This document shows positions 59,133-64,000 of a stretch of DNA of 64,000 nucleotides, one piece after another (within the stretch, counting starts at the first letter, position 1; the number at the start of each line of letters is the position of its first letter). This DNA comes from an uncultured Pseudoteredinibacter sp. (lineage in GTDB: Bacteria > Pseudomonadota > Gammaproteobacteria > Pseudomonadales > Cellvibrionaceae): positions 140-64,139 of the forward strand of contig NZ_CANMYE010000014.1 in NCBI RefSeq assembly GCF_947502065.1, in the 5' to 3' direction. A program made the translations under genes and the position numbers. The notes beneath the pieces are model-generated. The model was given only the letters and a program-made list of their open reading frames with translations. It was not told where the DNA came from and made no database searches.

Positions 59133-60719
59133 TTAGTGTTCTCGAGTTGAGCGGAATACTACCTCAGGGTAGCGCTCTTCACTCAATGATAGATTAACCC
59201 GCGTGGGTGCCAGATACGTTAAGTGACCACCACCATCAAGCGCTAAATTGTCTGAACATTTGCGCTTAAACTCTTCAAACTTTTTATCATCTTCTGATTC
59301 TACCCAGCGCGCGGTATTCACATTTACCGATTCGTAAATAGCATCTACCTTGTATTCATCTTTCAAGCGATAGGCAACCACTTCAAACTGCAGAACCCCC
59401 ACCGCACCGACAATAATGTCATTGGAATTTAGCGGGAAAAATACCTGGGTAGAGCCCTCTTCCGATAGCTGCTGCAAACCTTTTTGTAACTGCTTGGTTT
59501 TTAGAGGATCTTTCAAACGAATACGGCGGAACATTTCCGGCGCAAAGTGTGGGATACCAGTGAATTTCAGCACCTCACCTTCAGTGAAAGTATCACCGAT
59601 TTGGATAGTGCCGTGATTGTGCAGACCGATAATATCACCCGACATAGCTTCATCTAATAGCTCACGCTCACCAGCTTTAAAGCTAACAGCATCGGCAATT
59701 TTTACATCTTTGCCCAAACGCACATGGCGCATTTTCATGCCCTTGGTATATTTGCCAGAGCAGATACGCATAAAGGCAATACGATCTCGGTGTTTTGGAT
59801 CCATATTGGCCTGAATTTTAAAAACAAAACCACTGAATTTTTCTTCAACCGGATCAACTTCGCGGGTTTCAGTATTGCGAGCCAATGGCGCTGGTGCCCA
59901 TTCAACAAAGTCATCCAGCATTTCGCGCACACCAAAGTTGGCCAGTGCGGTGCCGAAGAAAACCGGAGTTAGCTTACCCGCCAAGAAAGCTTCTTGATCC
60001 CACTCATGGCTAGCGCCACGTACCAACTCAATTTCTTCTAGATAATCTTCGTAATAAACGCCCAACAGCTCTTTAGCTTCGTCCGATTCAATACCTTCAA
60101 TACGTACATCATCGGTTAACACGTAGTTCTTGCCTTGCTCAAAGACATGAATAGTATCGGTGTAAAGGTTATAAACCCCTTTAAACTCTTTACCCATGCC
60201 AATCGGCCAGTTGATCGGAGCAGCTTCGATTTTTAGAACTTCTTCGATCTCGTCCAATAGCTCGATAGGATCGCGAATATCACGGTCCATCTTGTTCACA
60301 AAGCCCACGATTGGAGTATCGCGTAAACGACATACATTCATCAGCTTAATGGTGCGGTCTTCCACACCTTTGGCGCCATCGATAACCATCAAGGCTGAAT
60401 CCACAGCGGTTAGGGTTCGGTAGGTATCTTCAGAGAAGTCTTCGTGACCTGGGGTGTCCAGCAGGTTGACCATGCGTCCACGATAAGGAAACTGCATAAC
60501 CGATGAGGTTACCGAGATACCACGCTCCTGTTCCATGCCCATCCAGTCGGAGGTGGCATGGCGATCAGCCTTTTTGCCTTTAACTGAGCCCGCCACCTGA
60601 ATTAACTGACCTAAAAGCAGGAGCTTTTCAGTAATGGTGGTTTTACCCGCATCGGGGTGAGAAATAATGGCAAAGCTACGGCGCTGCTGGATAGCTTCGG
60701 TAGTTTCAGTGGTCATCAA
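59133..60719 (-). CDS. prfC: Peptide chain release factor 3
   Basis: [40 protein letters not shown] and NKMD motifs. Confidence 0.97.
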   Translation of the reverse strand: MMTTETTEAIQQRRSFAIISHPDAGKTTITEKLLLLGQLIQVAGSVKGKKADRHATSDWMGMEQERGISVTSSVMQFPYRGRMVNLLDTPGHEDFSEDTYRTLTAVDSALMVIDGAKGVEDRTIKLMNVCRLRDTPIVGFVNKMDRDIRDPIELLDEIEEVLKIEAAPINWPIGMGKEFKGVYNLYTDTIHVFEQGKNYVLTDDVRIEGIESDEAKELLGVYYEDYLEEIELVRGASHEWDQEAFLAGKLTPVFFGTALANFGVREMLDDFVEWAPAPLARNTETREVDPVEEKFSGFVFKIQANMDPKHRDRIAFMRICSGKYTKGMKMRHVRLGKDVKIADAVSFKAGERELLDEAMSGDIIGLHNHGTIQIGDTFTEGEVLKFTGIPHFAPEMFRRIRLKDPLKTKQLQKGLQQLSEEGSTQVFFPLNSNDIIVGAVGVLQFEVVAYRLKDEYKVDAIYESVNVNTARWVESEDDKKFEEFKRKCSDNLALDGGGHLTYLAPTRVNLSLSEERYPEVVFRSTREH

Positions 60720-61100
60720 TATGGCTCTCGGCTACTGTCGATCCCGCGGGGGATAAAAAACCGTGCATTATAACGGCTTGGCGCCAAAACCCCAGCAAAT
60801 TGCGACCACTAAGCGGATTAGCAAGCACTATATTGATCTAAACCGCTGCCAAAGCGGATCCGGCACCCCCTCTAAATTAGTACGTCTCACAAGTGGCGAC
60901 TCAGGCCTTAAAACTAATAAATTGGTACGAATTTGCTAAGCGGCGACTCCGGCTACCCGATCCCTGCGCTAAACTAATGCCGTTCACACTCATTGAGAAG
61001 TAGGGAAGTAAAGCGCCAAGCCACCATTAACGCAATGCGAGAGGCTGATTGCGCGCGATGTGCCTATTATAAAAATAGCAAAGGCATTAAGGGGACAGCG

Positions 61101-64000
61101 GTGCAGGAACACTTTGAGATTAACGACCAAATTCATAGTGGTCGTTACTGCAATATATATCGGGCTATTCGTCGCTCCGATGGCACCCCTGTGATCTTAA
61201 AAACCTGCCATGTAGAACATCAACAGCGCCACTTTGAACAACTACAAAGTGAGTACCAACTATCACAAAAACTCAGAAGCCGTCGATCTGTAAGACCCAT
61301 TGATATCCACAATCTTAGCAATCAGCTAGTCGTCGTTTATCGCGACGATGCGCTATCTCCACTAGGACAACATATCCCCGGCACAGGTTTGCAACTAGGT
61401 CGCTTTTTACGTATTGCCCAAGAGATTTGCAAGGCTCTGTTTGAGCTTCACAGCCAAGGACTTGCCCATCGCAATATCAGCCCCGACAATATTGTGGTTG
61501 ATGATAGTTTTGACACAGCAAAGCTCATCGACTTCGGGCAAGCCAGTCGCTTCACCGAGCACAATATTGAATTTGAGTTGCCGCCTAGCCTACTCGACTC
61601 TTTAGCCTATATCTCACCAGAGCAAACCGGCCGCACCAATACGGCTGTCGACTGGCGTAGTGACATCTACTCTCTTGGCTGCTGCTTCTACTATATGCTC
61701 ACCGGCGCCCCACCCTTTAATGCCGATGAAGCCGCCGATCTTATTTATGCCCATATTGCGCACGATCCCAAGCCAATACATTTATTACGCGAAGACCTGC
61801 CAAAATCCCTATCCGCTTTACTGAATAAGCTCTTGGATAAAGAGCCGGAGAATCGCTACCAAAATCTAAAGCTGGTGTTAGAGGACTTCAAACGCATAGA
61901 GCAAAGCCAACTGATTGGGCAGGATATTGAGAACTTTAAACCCAGCAGCGACAGCAATGATCAGCCGATCCGCCTAAGCTCCCTACTCTATGGCCGTGAC
62001 GAAGAACTCGAACAATTAAATAGCCTACTCAGCCACAGTCGCCACAGCGCCCATGTTATTGAAATTACCGGCGCAGCGGGCATAGGTAAAACCGCACTAA
62101 TTCGACAACTATTCACCGCCATAGGTGCAGACAAAGGCTTATTCATCAGCGGGAAATTCGATCAGCTAAACCGAGGTAAAGCTTATAGCGCCATTGCCGA
62201 TGCCCTAGCGGAATTCAGCCGCCAATGCCTTCAACTGCCAGCCGCCGAGTTGGAGTTGATTCGAGATTCCATTCAGGATGCCGTGGGCTCACTCGGCAAG
62301 GTGCTGTTAGAAATAGCACCTCAAATGGAAGCCATCATCGGCCAGCAGGCCGAACTAAGCTCGGCCTCTCCTCGAGAAAACACCCAACGCCGCAATCTGC
62401 TGATGCAAAATTTCTTTCGCTGCATTTGCTCACAGGGTTTTACCATCGTTCTTTTCTTAGATGATTTACAGTGGGCTGATAGCGCCAGCATCGCGCTAAT
62501 GGAAGCCATGATAGATGCCCCTAACAAAGGCTTTATGTGTTTTCTCTCTTATCGCAATCAAGAGGTAAGCGACGTACACCCTGCAAGCAGCTTCTTAGAA
62601 AAACTGCCCAAGCGAGCTATAGAGCACCATAAAATTGAGTTACAAGATTTAAGCAGCCAGGCGATTCGGCGATGGCTGGGAGAGCTGCTAGAAAACAATC
62701 AAAGCCAGCTAGATACATTATGTACTCAAATCACCTTGCGCTCGGCTGGCAACCCTTTCCATATTCAAAGCCTGCTTAATAAACTTATTCGCGATGAAAA
62801 TATTTACCGTAACGAGCTAGGCATCGTTGAAGTTGATATTGAACAGCTTAAAAAGTTAGCGGTAGGCGGTATTATTAATCACCTCCAAGAGCAGATCGAA
62901 CAACTTGATGAGGGCAGTAAAGCCTTCCTAGAACAGCTGGCCGTGTTGGGCAATCGTTTTAGCATTCAGCAAATTAACACCGTCAATAACTGCGTACTAT
63001 CAAGCTACGAAGAAACGCTGGAAAGCTTAATCAAGGCAAAGCTGCTGATTAAGGTAGAACAGAATATTTTATTTGTTCACGACCGTATTCAACAAGCCAC
63101 AATTGAAGGTCTAAGTGAAGAAAAAATTTGCCAGTACCACCTTAATGCTGGGCGCAGCATTCTCGCTAAGCTGCAAAGCCAGAACGAAGAAATTATTAAT
63201 GCAGAGAAGTTTATCCAACACTTCAATGCCGCCGAGCCATATATCAATGAGCCCGATGAGCGACTGCTATTGGCCAGGTTAAATATTCAACAAGGTAAAC
63301 AATATAAATTTAATGCAGCCTATCAACTTGCACTCGATAGTTTCGAGATGGCGTTAAAGTTTATCCCCGGATCACCATTTAACACAGATCATCACCTAGC
63401 AATTGATCTATACAGCAATTTGGGGGAAGTGTTATTCCTAAATCAGCAGTATAAAAAAGGTGAAGAAGCCTTTGCGAAGGTATCGAAAAACGCAAAGTCA
63501 CCCATCGAAAAAGCCAACACCTCTATCATTCAGTTTAGGCATTTTGCTTCTAATCAAAATTTACCGTTAGCGGTTAAGACACTTAAACAATCATTAGCCG
63601 AGCTAGAAATAGAGCTGCCCAATAAGAACCTAGAACACAAGGCCATTGAAGAATTCAGCAATACGGTTGGTGCTATCTTAGAATACGGCATCCACGATAT
63701 GGTGAGCATGCCACTGTGTAAAGATCATCTCGCCATAGCACAGCAAGAGGTGCTGGTTGTCGGCAGCCTGCCAGCCTATTTGGGCGCACCTGAAATCTTT
63801 CCTTTTATGGTATATCAAAGCATTAATATATCACTCCAAAAAGGGATGTCAGATCACTCCCCTTTGGGCATGATGGCCATGGCAGGCATTCTATTTGCCG
63901 CCGAACAAGTCGAAATGGGGATCGAGTTAGGTGAGGCGGCATTAAACCAATCCACTTTAATAGACGATCGCGGAATTCGCACTCAGCTGTACACCATGTA
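61101..64000 (+). CDS. Ser/Thr kinase-like + AAA ATPase multidomain sensor (partial, runs off window; not in ORF track)
   Basis: Manual translation from GTG 61101 (AAGGGG RBS) stays open to 64000. It contains VILK, HRNISPDN, IDFG, AYISPEQTGR, DIYSLG, LYGRDEE, Walker A GAAGIGKT, Walker B FLDDLQWAD, GNPF and FVHDRIQQA. Confidence 0.92.
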   Translation, partial: MQEHFEINDQIHSGRYCNIYRAIRRSDGTPVILKTCHVEHQQRHFEQLQSEYQLSQKLRSRRSVRPIDIHNLSNQLVVVYRDDALSPLGQHIPGTGLQLGRFLRIAQEICKALFELHSQGLAHRNISPDNIVVDDSFDTAKLIDFGQASRFTEHNIEFELPPSLLDSLAYISPEQTGRTNTAVDWRSDIYSLGCCFYYMLTGAPPFNADEAADLIYAHIAHDPKPIHLLREDLPKSLSALLNKLLDKEPENRYQNLKLVLEDFKRIEQSQLIGQDIENFKPSSDSNDQPIRLSSLLYGRDEELEQLNSLLSHSRHSAHVIEITGAAGIGKTALIRQLFTAIGADKGLFISGKFDQLNRGKAYSAIADALAEFSRQCLQLPAAELELIRDSIQDAVGSLGKVLLEIAPQMEAIIGQQAELSSASPRENTQRRNLLMQNFFRCICSQGFTIVLFLDDLQWADSASIALMEAMIDAPNKGFMCFLSYRNQEVSDVHPASSFLEKLPKRAIEHHKIELQDLSSQAIRRWLGELLENNQSQLDTLCTQITLRSAGNPFHIQSLLNKLIRDENIYRNELGIVEVDIEQLKKLAVGGIINHLQEQIEQLDEGSKAFLEQLAVLGNRFSIQQINTVNNCVLSSYEETLESLIKAKLLIKVEQNILFVHDRIQQATIEGLSEEKICQYHLNAGRSILAKLQSQNEEIINAEKFIQHFNAAEPYINEPDERLLLARLNIQQGKQYKFNAAYQLALDSFEMALKFIPGSPFNTDHHLAIDLYSNLGEVLFLNQQYKKGEEAFAKVSKNAKSPIEKANTSIIQFRHFASNQNLPLAVKTLKQSLAELEIELPNKNLEHKAIEEFSNTVGAILEYGIHDMVSMPLCKDHLAIAQQEVLVVGSLPAYLGAPEIFPFMVYQSINISLQKGMSDHSPLGMMAMAGILFAAEQVEMGIELGEAALNQSTLIDDRGIRTQLYTM

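Noticed and set aside
60922-60937. Sigma-54-like TGGTACG..TTGCT
   Set aside because: GG-to-GC spacing is 9 nt rather than the required 10.

Overview
A chromosomal window of a gammaproteobacterium; the gene content and order suggest a marine Cellvibrionales/Pseudomonadales-like host (inference). Bases 1-37.4 kb are a large Wzy-dependent exopolysaccharide locus. It has a PHP phosphatase, Wzc, a short OPX plus separate beta-barrel, galU-pgi-divergent ugd, and an AT-richer cassette of tviB/tviC, wzy, wzx, GT4s, an amidotransferase and wecB/wecC. It continues with wcaJ, a secreted Ala/Gly repeat protein, an O-antigen-ligase-family gene, an SH3 protein and manC. A HUH/Y1 REP-associated tyrosine transposase (RAYT) follows, then aceF/aceE and mostly housekeeping genes (perM-like, tusA-like, bepA, slyX, yciH, lnt, prfC). 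The window ends in a Ser/Thr kinase-like/AAA sensor gene that runs off the edge and is absent from the ORF track. The most striking unexplained structure is a family of 20 GGGGTCAGA..TCTGACCCC palindromes around the RAYT. Seven copies lie in frame inside protein-coding genes (WcaJ, the SH3 linker as a 78-bp tandem repeat, and the SH3 signal-peptide region). The copies sit inside local G+T versus A+C strand-skew halos whose polarity follows element orientation rather than gene direction. Other items are a decayed second RAYT 5' end, two unrelated hairpin elements, an inverted heptamer-repeat element, a motif-degenerate Ugd, a pseudokinase, and a candidate EPS-linked protein O-glycosylation module.
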